From positions 32,462 to 96,461 of the forward strand of contig DGAZ01000043.1 in NCBI GenBank assembly GCA_002384685.1: a stretch of 64,000 nucleotides of DNA. Direction: 5' to 3'. This document shows, in pieces, positions 51,293 through 59,756 of this stretch. The notes beneath the pieces were generated by a model. The model was not told the origin of the DNA. It made no database searches and was given only the letters and a program-made list of their open reading frames with translations. Numbering within the stretch: position 1 is the stretch's first letter; each line of letters opens with the position of its first letter. Made by a program: the position numbers and the translations under genes. Source of the DNA: Methylophilales bacterium UBA4017. GTDB lineage: Bacteria > Pseudomonadota > Gammaproteobacteria > Burkholderiales > Methylophilaceae.

Positions 51293-53911
51293 ATGTTATC
51301 TAGCCAACACATACGCGCTCAATTCTTAAAATTTTTTGAAGAAAAAGGCCATCATATTGTCCCTTCCAGCAGTTTAGTGCCTCATGAGGATCCTACCCTA
51401 CTCTTCACCAATGCAGGCATGAACCAGTTTAAAGATGTTTTTCTAGGTGAGGAGCAAAGAAACTATGTGCGAGCTACTTCTAGTCAAAAATGTGTCAGGG
51501 CGGGCGGGAAGCATAATGACCTTGAAAATGTAGGTTATACAGCAAGACATCACACATTCTTTGAAATGCTAGGAAATTTTAGTTTTGGTGATTACTTTAA
51601 AAAAGAAGCTATTCATTATGCTTGGGAGCTACTAACTGAAGTTTACGCTATTCCAAAAGAAAAGTTGTTAGTCACGGTATATGCCGATGATGATGAGGCA
51701 TATGGCATATGGGAAAAAGACATAGGGCTTCCTAAAACTAAAATTATTAAAATTGGTGACAATAAAGGCAGCAAGTATGCTTCAGATAATTTTTGGATGA
51801 TGGGAGAAACCGGGCCATGTGGACCATGTAGTGAAATATTCTATGATCATGGAGAAGGTATTGAGGGTGGGGTGCCAGGCTCAGATAACGAAGATGGTGA
51901 CCGATTTATCGAGATATGGAATTTAGTCTTTATGCAGTTTAACCGTGATGATAAGGGTATCATGCACCCTCTTCCCAAACCTTCGGTTGATACTGGTATG
52001 GGGCTAGAAAGAATAACAGCGGTATTACAAGATGTGCATTCAAATTATGATATCGACATATTTAAAGTATTGATTGCGGAAGCGGCAAAGATAACCAATA
52101 CAACAACCACTGAACACCCTTCATTAAAGGTGCTGTCTGATCATATTAGAGCAACAACTTTCCTTATTGCTGATGGTGTATTGCCAGCTAATGAAGGGAG
52201 AGGCTATGTGCTTAGAAGAATTATTCGCAGAGCTATTCGTCATGGCTATAAGCTAGGCCTAAAAGAGCCTTTCTTCTTCAAATTAGTTGCGCCTCTCAAT
52301 CAAGTCATGGGTGATAGCTATAGTTTCTCCAAAGAACAATCAAGCCTTATTGAAAATGAAATTCTCCTAGAGGAAAGGCGATTCTTTGAAACCATCGAGA
52401 ATGGAATGGGTATCCTTGAAAATGCAATCAAGGAATTAGTGGCGCAAAATAAGACCACTATCTCAGGAAAAGTAGCTTTTAAGCTTCATGATACTTTTGG
52501 CTTTCCATTGGACTTAACTGCCGATGTTTGTCGGGAGAATGCTATCAGCATCAACAACCAAGAATTTGATATCGAAATGAGTAAGCAAAAAAATATGGCG
52601 AGAGAAGCGGGGAATTTTAAGGCAAAATTACAAATCGATTATAGTGGTAAGCCTACCCTTTTTCTTGGGTATGATGAAAAATCGACCTCTGCAACATTGC
52701 TTCATATACTGACAAACGGACAATCTGCCAAATCTGTCCATAGTAGTGAACAAGCTATGCTGATTTTAGATCAAACTCCTTTTTATGCTGAATCAGGGGG
52801 TCAGGTAGGCGATATCGGTTCTATTACCTGCAATCAAGGTGTGTTTGATGTAACCGATACCTTTAAAATTAAGGGCAACATTTATGTTCATATCGGCAAT
52901 ATGGTTGAAGGTGTATTAACGATCAACGACAAAGTAAAAGCAGATATTAATGATGAGCACAGACAGCATGTGATGAGAAATCATTCGGCTACACACCTCA
53001 TGCATAAAGCATTAAAAGAAACACTAGGGAATCATATTGAGCAAAAGGGTTCATTGGTAGACAGATACAGGACCCGTTTTGATTTTTCGCATCCAAAGCC
53101 ACTCACACCCGAAGAAAAAACATCCATAGAGTTAATGGTAAACCAAGAAATTCTTAAAAATCAAACAACACAAGCCAAGGTAATGGATATTGATGCAGCT
53201 AAGAAAACAGGCGCCATGATGTTGTTTGGTGAAAAATATGGTGACCAAGTAAGGGTGCTTGATATTGGTAACAGCAAAGAGCTTTGTGGTGGAACGCATG
53301 TTGCGAAAACAGGTGATATAGGGCTATTTAAGATTCAATCGGAATCAGGAGTATCATCAGGTGTTCGCCGAATTGAAGCAACCACTGGTCTTAACGTCAT
53401 TAGCTTGATTAAAGCTCAAGAGACTGTTCTTGACAATGTATCTAAGGAGCTGAATGTTAGTGCGTCTGAGATTGGTCTTAAGGTTGGCCAACTGATCAAG
53501 CAACTAAAAGACAATGAAAAAACTATAAACCAACTCAAGTCAAAAATTGCAGGCAGTGAAGGAAGTGACCTGGTTAGCCAGGCAATTGATACGGGAAAGT
53601 ATCAATTTCTTGGGGTGTCAGTGGATAGTGTTGAGGTGAATGAATTAAGAGAAATGATCGATAATTTAAAAGAAAAATTTGAATCTGCCGTTATAATACT
53701 GGGCTCACACACAAACAGTAAGGCATCGTTTGCTGTAGGGGTAACTGACAATCTAACCAAAGAAATTAAGGCGGGTGATATTGCAAAATTGCTTGGTGAG
53801 ACTGTTGGTGGTAAGGGTGGTGGTAGAGATAACATGGCTATGGCGGGTGGGCCAAATGTCAAATTAATTGACGAAGCTATCGCTCAAATAAAAGATCATT
53901 TAATAAAGTAA
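51293..53911 (+). CDS. alaS: Alanine-tRNA ligase
   Basis: LLFTNAGM, RHHTFFEMLGNFSFGDYFK, editing HSATH and ELCGGTH, GGKGGG. Confidence 0.98.
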   Translation: MLSSQHIRAQFLKFFEEKGHHIVPSSSLVPHEDPTLLFTNAGMNQFKDVFLGEEQRNYVRATSSQKCVRAGGKHNDLENVGYTARHHTFFEMLGNFSFGDYFKKEAIHYAWELLTEVYAIPKEKLLVTVYADDDEAYGIWEKDIGLPKTKIIKIGDNKGSKYASDNFWMMGETGPCGPCSEIFYDHGEGIEGGVPGSDNEDGDRFIEIWNLVFMQFNRDDKGIMHPLPKPSVDTGMGLERITAVLQDVHSNYDIDIFKVLIAEAAKITNTTTTEHPSLKVLSDHIRATTFLIADGVLPANEGRGYVLRRIIRRAIRHGYKLGLKEPFFFKLVAPLNQVMGDSYSFSKEQSSLIENEILLEERRFFETIENGMGILENAIKELVAQNKTTISGKVAFKLHDTFGFPLDLTADVCRENAISINNQEFDIEMSKQKNMAREAGNFKAKLQIDYSGKPTLFLGYDEKSTSATLLHILTNGQSAKSVHSSEQAMLILDQTPFYAESGGQVGDIGSITCNQGVFDVTDTFKIKGNIYVHIGNMVEGVLTINDKVKADINDEHRQHVMRNHSATHLMHKALKETLGNHIEQKGSLVDRYRTRFDFSHPKPLTPEEKTSIELMVNQEILKNQTTQAKVMDIDAAKKTGAMMLFGEKYGDQVRVLDIGNSKELCGGTHVAKTGDIGLFKIQSESGVSSGVRRIEATTGLNVISLIKAQETVLDNVSKELNVSASEIGLKVGQLIKQLKDNEKTINQLKSKIAGSEGSDLVSQAIDTGKYQFLGVSVDSVEVNELREMIDNLKEKFESAVIILGSHTNSKASFAVGVTDNLTKEIKAGDIAKLLGETVGGKGGGRDNMAMAGGPNVKLIDEAIAQIKDHLIK

Positions 53912-53915
53912 ACCT

Positions 53916-55142
53916 ATGGCACTTATTGTACAAAAATTTGGTGGCACCTCTTTAGCTAATCCTGAGCGGATAAATGCTGTTGCAGAAAGAGTGGCTAAAT
54001 ATCATAAAGAAGGAAACCAAATTATTGTGGTTGTCTCAGCTATGTCTGGAGAGACTAATAAACTGGTTAGCCTTGCTGAAGAAATGATGGAGGATCCAGA
54101 CCCAAGAGAGCTTGATATGGTTGTTTCATCCGGTGAGCAAGTCACTGCAGGATTAACTGCTCTAGCACTCATCAATATGGGCATTAGTGCCAAAAGCTAT
54201 GCAGGCCACCAAATAAAAATTTTAACCGATGAGGCTTATGGTAAAGCACGTATTCTCAATATTGATAGCAATAAAATTCAAGATGACTTAAAGGCTGGGT
54301 TTGTTGTTGTTGTAGCAGGCTTTCAAGGTGTTGACCATGATGGGAATATAACCACATTAGGTCGTGGTGGTTCTGATACAACTGCTGTAGCTGTTGCTGC
54401 CGCATTAAAAGCTGATGAATGCCAAATATATACCGATGTAGATGGGATCTATACTACGGATCCAAGAGTGGTGCCAGAAGCTAGAAAATTAAAATCCATT
54501 ACTTTCGAAGAGATGTTAGAAATGGCAAGTCTCGGGTCTAAAGTTTTGCAAACTCGATCGGTTGAGTGTGCAGGAAAATTTAAAGTGCGACTAAGAGTGC
54601 TATCAAGCTTTGAGATTAAAGGCGATGGGACGGTAATAACTTTTGAGGAAGATGAAAAAATGGAAAATCCAATTATTTCGGGAATAGCATTCAATCGAGA
54701 TGAGGCTGAGGTTAACGTGCTTGGAGTTCCTGATACACCAGGCATCGCTTACCAAATTCTCGGTCCGATTGCAGATGCTAATATTGATGTGGACATGATT
54801 ATTCAAAATGTAGGCAAGGACGGGGCAACCGATTTTACCTTTACCGTTCATAAACGAGATCTTACAAAGACTATAAAAATCCTTAACGACAAAGTTAAGG
54901 ATAAAATCAATGCTCGCGAAGTTGTTGGTGATGAAAAAATAGCAAAGCTATCGCTTGTTGGTGTAGGTATGCGCTCGCATGCGGGGGTGGCAAGCAAGAT
55001 GTTTAAAATACTAGCGGACGAGAAGATAAACATCAGCACCATTTCAACTAGTGAAATTAAAATATCGGTTATTTTAGAAGAAAAATATCTAGATAATGCG
55101 GTGCGAGCTTTACACAAGGCCTTTGATCTAGACAAAGGTTAA
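53916..55142 (+). CDS. lysC: Aspartate kinase (alpha subunit)
   Basis: QKFGGTS, TTLGRGGSDT, TDVDG.YT.DPR, two ACT domains. Confidence 0.96.
   Translation: MALIVQKFGGTSLANPERINAVAERVAKYHKEGNQIIVVVSAMSGETNKLVSLAEEMMEDPDPRELDMVVSSGEQVTAGLTALALINMGISAKSYAGHQIKILTDEAYGKARILNIDSNKIQDDLKAGFVVVVAGFQGVDHDGNITTLGRGGSDTTAVAVAAALKADECQIYTDVDGIYTTDPRVVPEARKLKSITFEEMLEMASLGSKVLQTRSVECAGKFKVRLRVLSSFEIKGDGTVITFEEDEKMENPIISGIAFNRDEAEVNVLGVPDTPGIAYQILGPIADANIDVDMIIQNVGKDGATDFTFTVHKRDLTKTIKILNDKVKDKINAREVVGDEKIAKLSLVGVGMRSHAGVASKMFKILADEKINISTISTSEIKISVILEEKYLDNAVRALHKAFDLDKG
54660..55142 (+). CDS. Probable in-frame aspartate kinase beta subunit (internal start, 160 aa)
   Basis: GAGGAA at 54645-54650 before ATG 54660 (Met249, MENPIISG) at the kinase/ACT boundary. 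Confidence 0.6.
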   Translation: MENPIISGIAFNRDEAEVNVLGVPDTPGIAYQILGPIADANIDVDMIIQNVGKDGATDFTFTVHKRDLTKTIKILNDKVKDKINAREVVGDEKIAKLSLVGVGMRSHAGVASKMFKILADEKINISTISTSEIKISVILEEKYLDNAVRALHKAFDLDKG

Positions 55143-55193
55143 ATCATTGATTATTTTGATACTTTGCCGTATCGTTACGTCGAAGTAAGTATC

Positions 55194-55286
55194 GGAGAGC
55201 TGGCCGAGTGGTCGAAGGCACTTCCCTGCTAAGGAAGCATACGGGGTCAACCTGTATCGAGGGTTCGAATCCCTCGCTCTCCGCCA
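55194..55286 (+). tRNA. tRNA-Ser(GCT)
   Basis: CTTCC-CTGCTAA-GGAAG anticodon arm, long variable arm, CCA; 93 nt. Confidence 0.96.
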
Positions 55287-55293
55287 ATTAAAT

Positions 55294-55328
55294 ACCACAA
55301 AACCCTTTATGTAAAAGGGTTATATGGT
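55294..55328. terminator. Hairpin between tRNA-Ser and the convergent microprotein genes
   Basis: AACCCTTT-ATGTA-AAAGGGTT with outer ACCA/TGGT pairing. Confidence 0.5.
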
Positions 55329-55341
55329 GAACATTCTTAAT

Positions 55342-55458
55342 CTATTTTTTTTTAGCTTTCAGTTCTATATTTTTAAATTCTAGGTGGGTCATTACGGCTC
55401 CTACAATAGCTAAAACGAAGCAAAATAATCCTACATAAAATATTATCGAATCTTCCAT
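55342..55458 (-). CDS. 38-aa single-TM microprotein (not in ORF track)
   Basis: Manual translation MEDSIIFYVGLFCFVLAIVGAVMTHLEFKNIELKAKKK; AGGA upstream; starts 4 nt after the previous stop. Confidence 0.65.
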   Translation of the reverse strand: MEDSIIFYVGLFCFVLAIVGAVMTHLEFKNIELKAKKK

Positions 55459-55462
55459 CGTC

Positions 55463-55627
55463 TTATTTCCTAGAAATTAATTTAAAATATATGGCGAATG
55501 TCAGAATAGAAGGAATCCAAGTGGCAGTGAATAAGCCCTCTTCCTTTTGGCCATTAAACCATAGATAAGCTGTTGTAATAAAAGCTACGGTAACAGACAG
55601 CAAGATACATAAATCAGATGTTTTCAT
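55463..55627 (-). CDS. 54-aa two-TM microprotein (not in ORF track)
   Basis: Manual translation MKTSDLCILLSVTVAFITTAYLWFNGQKEEGLFTATWIPSILTFAIYFKLISRK; AAAGGA RBS. Confidence 0.72.
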   Translation of the reverse strand: MKTSDLCILLSVTVAFITTAYLWFNGQKEEGLFTATWIPSILTFAIYFKLISRK

Positions 55628-55654
55628 TAAAAATTTCCTTTATTAAATTAAAAT

Positions 55655-55846
55655 TTAGTCTTCGTTCCAAAATGCCCATGAAGCTATTAACAAAAATATA
55701 ACCGCAAGTGAAGCATGCGACCTAACATAGGTTTCATTCGGAAGCTTAAATACTAAGGGAACAACATTAAACATTCCAAGTATTAGCCAAATGGCAGCAA
55801 TTAATGCTAAAGCAAGCGAAAGCTTACCAATATTTTTTTTCAACAA
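55655..55846 (-). CDS. 63-aa two-TM microprotein
   Basis: Two hydrophobic helices; first gene behind the promoter; start uncertain. Confidence 0.7.
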   Translation of the reverse strand: MLKKNIGKLSLALALIAAIWLILGMFNVVPLVFKLPNETYVRSHASLAVIFLLIASWAFWNED

Positions 55847-55875
55847 AAATCTTTCTCTAGGTTAAGTTTGAAACA

Positions 55876-55905
55876 AGTATAGAGTGTGTGTTCAGTCAAT
55901 GTCAA
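55876..55905 (-). promoter_or_regulatory. Candidate sigma-70 promoter for the microprotein cluster
   Basis: TTGACA-N18-TATACT on the minus strand. Confidence 0.55.
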
Positions 55906-56066
55906 TCGGATTGGATGCATATCATGATAATCGCTGTAAATTTAGGTAAAATAGGTGATAATCCTTATTAGCTAAATAAACTCTAGGCACAAAATAAAAC
56001 CTACTAATAATAATTGTGAGCATATTATTACTTTAGTTTTTAATTGCCCCTTAATCGAGAAAACAG

Positions 56067-56435
56067 ATGAGAAATCCACATAAAAATAAAAAAGGCTTTG
56101 ATCGTCTTTCTGCTGCATTGAATCATTCATTCGAAGGTTTAAAAGCTACATTTAAAAATGAAGAAGCTTTTAGGCAGGAGATTTTTTTAGCGCTTATATT
56201 GATTCCTGTTGCGTTTTATACCGGAGACACCACAGTTGAAAAAATACTGTTGGTATCTTCATTGATTTTATTGATTGTTATAGAGCTTATCAATACCGGT
56301 ATTGAGGTCATAATTGACAGGGTATCTTTGGATAAAAATGAGCTTTCGAAGTTAGCTAAAGATATCGGTAGCGCGGCAGTCCTGATTGCTTTTTTAAACT
56401 GCTTTATTGTTTGGCTGATGATTTTATTTTTCTAA
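56067..56435 (+). CDS. dgkA: Diacylglycerol kinase
   Basis: E.AFRQE, ELINT.IE...DR, AKDIGSAAV. Confidence 0.95.
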   Translation: MRNPHKNKKGFDRLSAALNHSFEGLKATFKNEEAFRQEIFLALILIPVAFYTGDTTVEKILLVSSLILLIVIELINTGIEVIIDRVSLDKNELSKLAKDIGSAAVLIAFLNCFIVWLMILFF

Positions 56436-56460
56436 GACTGAATTCCCGCGTGCTGTCCAA

Positions 56461-56622
56461 AATAAAATTATTCAAAATGATGGGCTAAAGGTAGGCGTTT
56501 ATATCGGAGTATTTATTATTGCTTTTGTATTAAGTGGTGTTCAGATTCTCAGGGGGGAACATTTTCTAACACACATTCTTTGGACTGGCTTTATAGTCAG
56601 CTTTATCATCTCCAGTATGTAT
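56461..56622 (+). pseudogene. Startless C-terminal relic of a PAP2-family phosphatase
   Basis: Frame reads ...GVFIIAFVLSGVQILRGEHFLTHILWTGFIVS...; stops at 56416-56421 upstream, no in-frame start before the motif. Confidence 0.6.
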
Positions 56623-57954
56623 TTAGTGGTCTTCCAAAAAGAATCGATTGGTTTCCGACTTAATTACTTTAGTAAGAAAAATTAAACCTATTAAATTGGG
56701 TATTGCCATCATGGCAAACATAATGTCCGAAAAATTCCAAACAAGGCCCAAGCTCATAATAGAGCCAACAAAAACAAGGGCAACGGTTACTAAACGATAA
56801 TAGATCACTGCTTTCGTTCCCAATAGAAATTCTAATGCCTTTTCACCATAAAATCCCCAACCAATAAGGGTGGAAAAGGCAAAAAAACCGGTCGCAACGG
56901 CTATGACGATAGCCCCGCCGTAACCTAATGTTGCCTCTACGCTCATGCTGGTTAGTGAAGCAGCATTAATGCCTTCAGCCATCCATACATCAGAGGTAAG
57001 AATCACAAGGGCTGTCATAGTACAAACAACTATCGTGTCGATGAAAGTCCCCGTCATGCTTACAAGTGCCTGGCTCACAGGATCTTTAGTTTTTGCTGAT
57101 GCTGCAGCAATAGCAGCCGAACCTAATCCGGCTTCGTTGGAGAATAAACCTCTAGCTACACCGAAGCGAATAGCAGCGGCTAACGAAGCCCCTATAAATC
57201 CGCCTGTTGCCGCTGTTCCAGAAAAAGCATCCGTAATAATCATGCCGAATGCTGCTGGAATTTTTTCTACATTTAAGCCCAACACCACCAGCATAGTAGC
57301 TATATACATAATGATCATAAATGGAACGAAGAAAGAGGCGAACCGACCGACTGACTTGACGCCCCCAATGATGACTATCGCAGTAAAAAAAGCGAGGACA
57401 ATACCTGTCCAGGCATTGGGTATGCCAAATGTGCTATTAAATATAGTTGCTGTTGCATTGGCTTGGACCATATTACCTGCACCAAAAGTAGCGAAAACGG
57501 TGAAGATGGCAAAAAAACATCCCAACCAACGCTTCCCTAACCCGTGAGTCAGATAGTACATTGGTCCACCCTGCATACCAGTCTCACCCTTTTGGCGATA
57601 CTTAACCGCCAATAGAGCCTCTGAGTATTTGGTAGCCATGCCCAAAAAACCGGTTAACCACATCCAGAAAACTGCTCCAGGCCCACCTAGAACTATTGCC
57701 GTAGCTACCCCAACGATATTACCCATACCTACCGTTGCAGCTAAAGCAGTCATTAATGCTGAGAATGGTGAGATGTCACCATCATCATCTGATTTACGAA
57801 AAATCATCTTAATGGCTAATGGTAATGTTCTTATTTGAATAAAGCGTAATTGAATGCTTAAATAGATATGAGTACCAAACAACAAGATAATCATGGGCGG
57901 CCCCCATACAAACCCGGCAACGGCTTTAACTAAACTCTCAATTTCAGTAAGCAA
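56623..57954 (-). CDS. Alanine/glycine:cation symporter (AgcS family)
   Basis: LAATVG.GNI.GVA, GGPGAVFWMW, GGPMYY, RGLFSNEAGLGS, FIDTIVVC; AAGGAG RBS before TTG. Confidence 0.93.
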   Translation of the reverse strand: MLTEIESLVKAVAGFVWGPPMIILLFGTHIYLSIQLRFIQIRTLPLAIKMIFRKSDDDGDISPFSALMTALAATVGMGNIVGVATAIVLGGPGAVFWMWLTGFLGMATKYSEALLAVKYRQKGETGMQGGPMYYLTHGLGKRWLGCFFAIFTVFATFGAGNMVQANATATIFNSTFGIPNAWTGIVLAFFTAIVIIGGVKSVGRFASFFVPFMIIMYIATMLVVLGLNVEKIPAAFGMIITDAFSGTAATGGFIGASLAAAIRFGVARGLFSNEAGLGSAAIAAASAKTKDPVSQALVSMTGTFIDTIVVCTMTALVILTSDVWMAEGINAASLTSMSVEATLGYGGAIVIAVATGFFAFSTLIGWGFYGEKALEFLLGTKAVIYYRLVTVALVFVGSIMSLGLVWNFSDIMFAMMAIPNLIGLIFLTKVIKSETNRFFLEDH

Positions 57955-58025
57955 CCAAATAACTCCTTATGTTTAAGATGAATATGCTTTGTTGCTGAAG
58001 ATAATTAAGTCTCCGGTGAGACACT

Positions 58026-58436
58026 CTACCTTTCATTTCCTTTAATTAAAAAATAACAACCAATAAGGAACAGGAAGGCTTGTTCACTAGTAAATAGCTT
58101 GGAGGTAATAAACCAATCTTGATGGGCTATGCCAAATGCAAATATCATAATCACTACAATCATCAAAGCTGCAAACCTTGTTATGACATTCCCCCATGCA
58201 TCATGGAAGAAACCACCGAGGATAATCAAGGTCCCGGCCAATAGTTCGGATAGCGCAACAAATGAAGCCAGCCAATCTGAAAAGCCAAAATAGGTCATTA
58301 GCTTCTCAGGTGGTAGTGGAAATTTACTCGACGCATGAATAAGGAATGCGATACCTAGTCCTAGCCTAATAAGCCACGTAGCTAAAAAAGAAAATGGCAT
58401 CATCATTTTATTCAGTTTGTTGTTGATACAATCCAT
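58026..58436 (-). CDS. DoxX family membrane protein
   Basis: RLGLGIAFL.H..K, ELLAG..I.LG, TRFAA, H..W. Confidence 0.8.
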   Translation of the reverse strand: MDCINNKLNKMMMPFSFLATWLIRLGLGIAFLIHASSKFPLPPEKLMTYFGFSDWLASFVALSELLAGTLIILGGFFHDAWGNVITRFAALMIVVIMIFAFGIAHQDWFITSKLFTSEQAFLFLIGCYFLIKGNER

Positions 58437-58464
58437 AGGTCATCTTTCCTTCATTTAAATAAAT

Positions 58465-58971
58465 TTACATTTTTACAAAATTTCGCTTACCTAACTTTAC
58501 ACCATTTGACCTTAAAATATTATAGGAGGTAGTCATATGAAAAAAGAAGTGAGGGATGATCCATTGGGTCAAATAATCTGACCCCTTCTCATAGCTAAAT
58601 TCATTTTCTCTAATTGAAAAGGCAATAGCCTTGTCTTCCGACCCATGCATTTGCTCTGGCTTAATGTCTTGTAAAAACTTGATGGTATTTTTTATTCGCA
58701 CTTGAAGATCGCTGAAAGTTACTTCATCGTCTTCATAGGATGGGGCGTCTACTGATGCTAGTCGAGCAATCCCCTTTCTAACCATATCCGTACCAATTTG
58801 TATTTGTCGCGCTAATGGGTACATATCCGGCGCAAGTCTTCCGTTAACTAGGATCTCTTGATCTATTTTTCGTTTTTCTGCAAAACTCTCACCTTTTAAT
58901 AAAATGCCTGACCACATTTCAAAATGATTAATAAATAGTGGTACGGACATTTGATACATTGATAATGACAT
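58465..58971 (-). CDS. DUF1993 (DinB superfamily) protein
   Basis: RLAPDMYPL..Q, P.FFFH.TT.Y.ILR..GV.LGK. Confidence 0.88.
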   Translation of the reverse strand: MSLSMYQMSVPLFINHFEMWSGILLKGESFAEKRKIDQEILVNGRLAPDMYPLARQIQIGTDMVRKGIARLASVDAPSYEDDEVTFSDLQVRIKNTIKFLQDIKPEQMHGSEDKAIAFSIRENEFSYEKGSDYLTQWIIPHFFFHMTTSYNILRSNGVKLGKRNFVKM

Positions 58972-59254
58972 GAAAATATTCCCTAATGTTTAGTTAGGAG
59001 TCATCATAATCTAACCTAATAATTAATGTAATATTTGCCTATAATTTTTATTCATCAGGAAGTCATTGGCACAAAGAATGTGGGCTATTTGATAGTATGC
59101 ATAAGGGATTTGTCAGCTGATGATCGAGTGCTTCAACAAAGTATTTTATTTTTTTGAGCAAATCCCCCAGAAGATGTGGTAAAAAAATTTACATGTTTAT
59201 AATTGCTTTTCTTAAATAGATACCCCTAATTATGGAAGGGTAAATAAATTGGTA

Positions 59255-59560
59255 TTAGATATTTACACCAAGCGATAGAAACGTTATGGCCCCTTTCAGT
59301 ATCTCTAAATCTACCCCAAGAAACGTTTTTTTATGAGAATGTTCTCCATATATTGTATGGTCTTCAAACAGGCTAATGTTTTCCTGTTCGGCATCACATG
59401 TTTTACCAGCCTTATCTTCATGGCTAGCTGAAAAACTAGCGTTAGCATAATTCGATGAGGTTTCATGCTGATAGTAAGCCAGCATTGTAGGCTGCATATT
59501 AGTTCCAGCATAAAGATTGAGTGAGGTTAGGAAAAGGATGCATATGGTAAGTTTTTTCAT
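59255..59560 (-). CDS. Hypothetical exported protein, 101 aa
   Basis: MKK signal peptide, GAGAG upstream, His/acidic middle, hydrophobic tail. Confidence 0.65.
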   Translation of the reverse strand: MKKLTICILFLTSLNLYAGTNMQPTMLAYYQHETSSNYANASFSASHEDKAGKTCDAEQENISLFEDHTIYGEHSHKKTFLGVDLEILKGAITFLSLGVNI

Positions 59561-59685
59561 TTTTTCTCTCTTGTTATCTCTGATCTCCCGAATTAGGATT
59601 TCTTTCCATTATATTAATCAAAAATTATTACTAGATTAGGGGCAATATGTGTCATTGTTATTAAAAGAGTTAATTTGTTAGAAAA

Positions 59686-59734
59686 TGCTAATCATTGGTG
59701 CAATATAAAATCAGGCGTGCACTAATTTCAAACA
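59686..59734. promoter_or_regulatory. Pair of NtrC-like boxes
   Basis: TGCTAATCATTGGTGCA (59686-59702) and TGCACTAATTTCAAACA (59718-59734), 32 bp apart. Confidence 0.4.
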
Positions 59735-59756
59735 CATTCCAATCAACAATGGATGT

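Noticed and set aside
56945-57547. 200-aa plus-strand ORF
   Set aside because: Antisense shadow of the alanine/glycine symporter with no recognisable motif.
57955-58030. Glycine riboswitch upstream of the symporter
   Set aside because: Only about 70 nt available, with one small GTCTC-ACCG-GAGAC hairpin; the CCGAAG and CUCUCAGG aptamer motifs are absent.
58972-59254. Long spacer as small ORF, sRNA or sigma-54 promoter (TGGCAC near 59067)
   Set aside because: The roughly 40-codon frames lack RBS and motifs; the -12 position reads ATGT and points at no gene start; no convincing structure seen.
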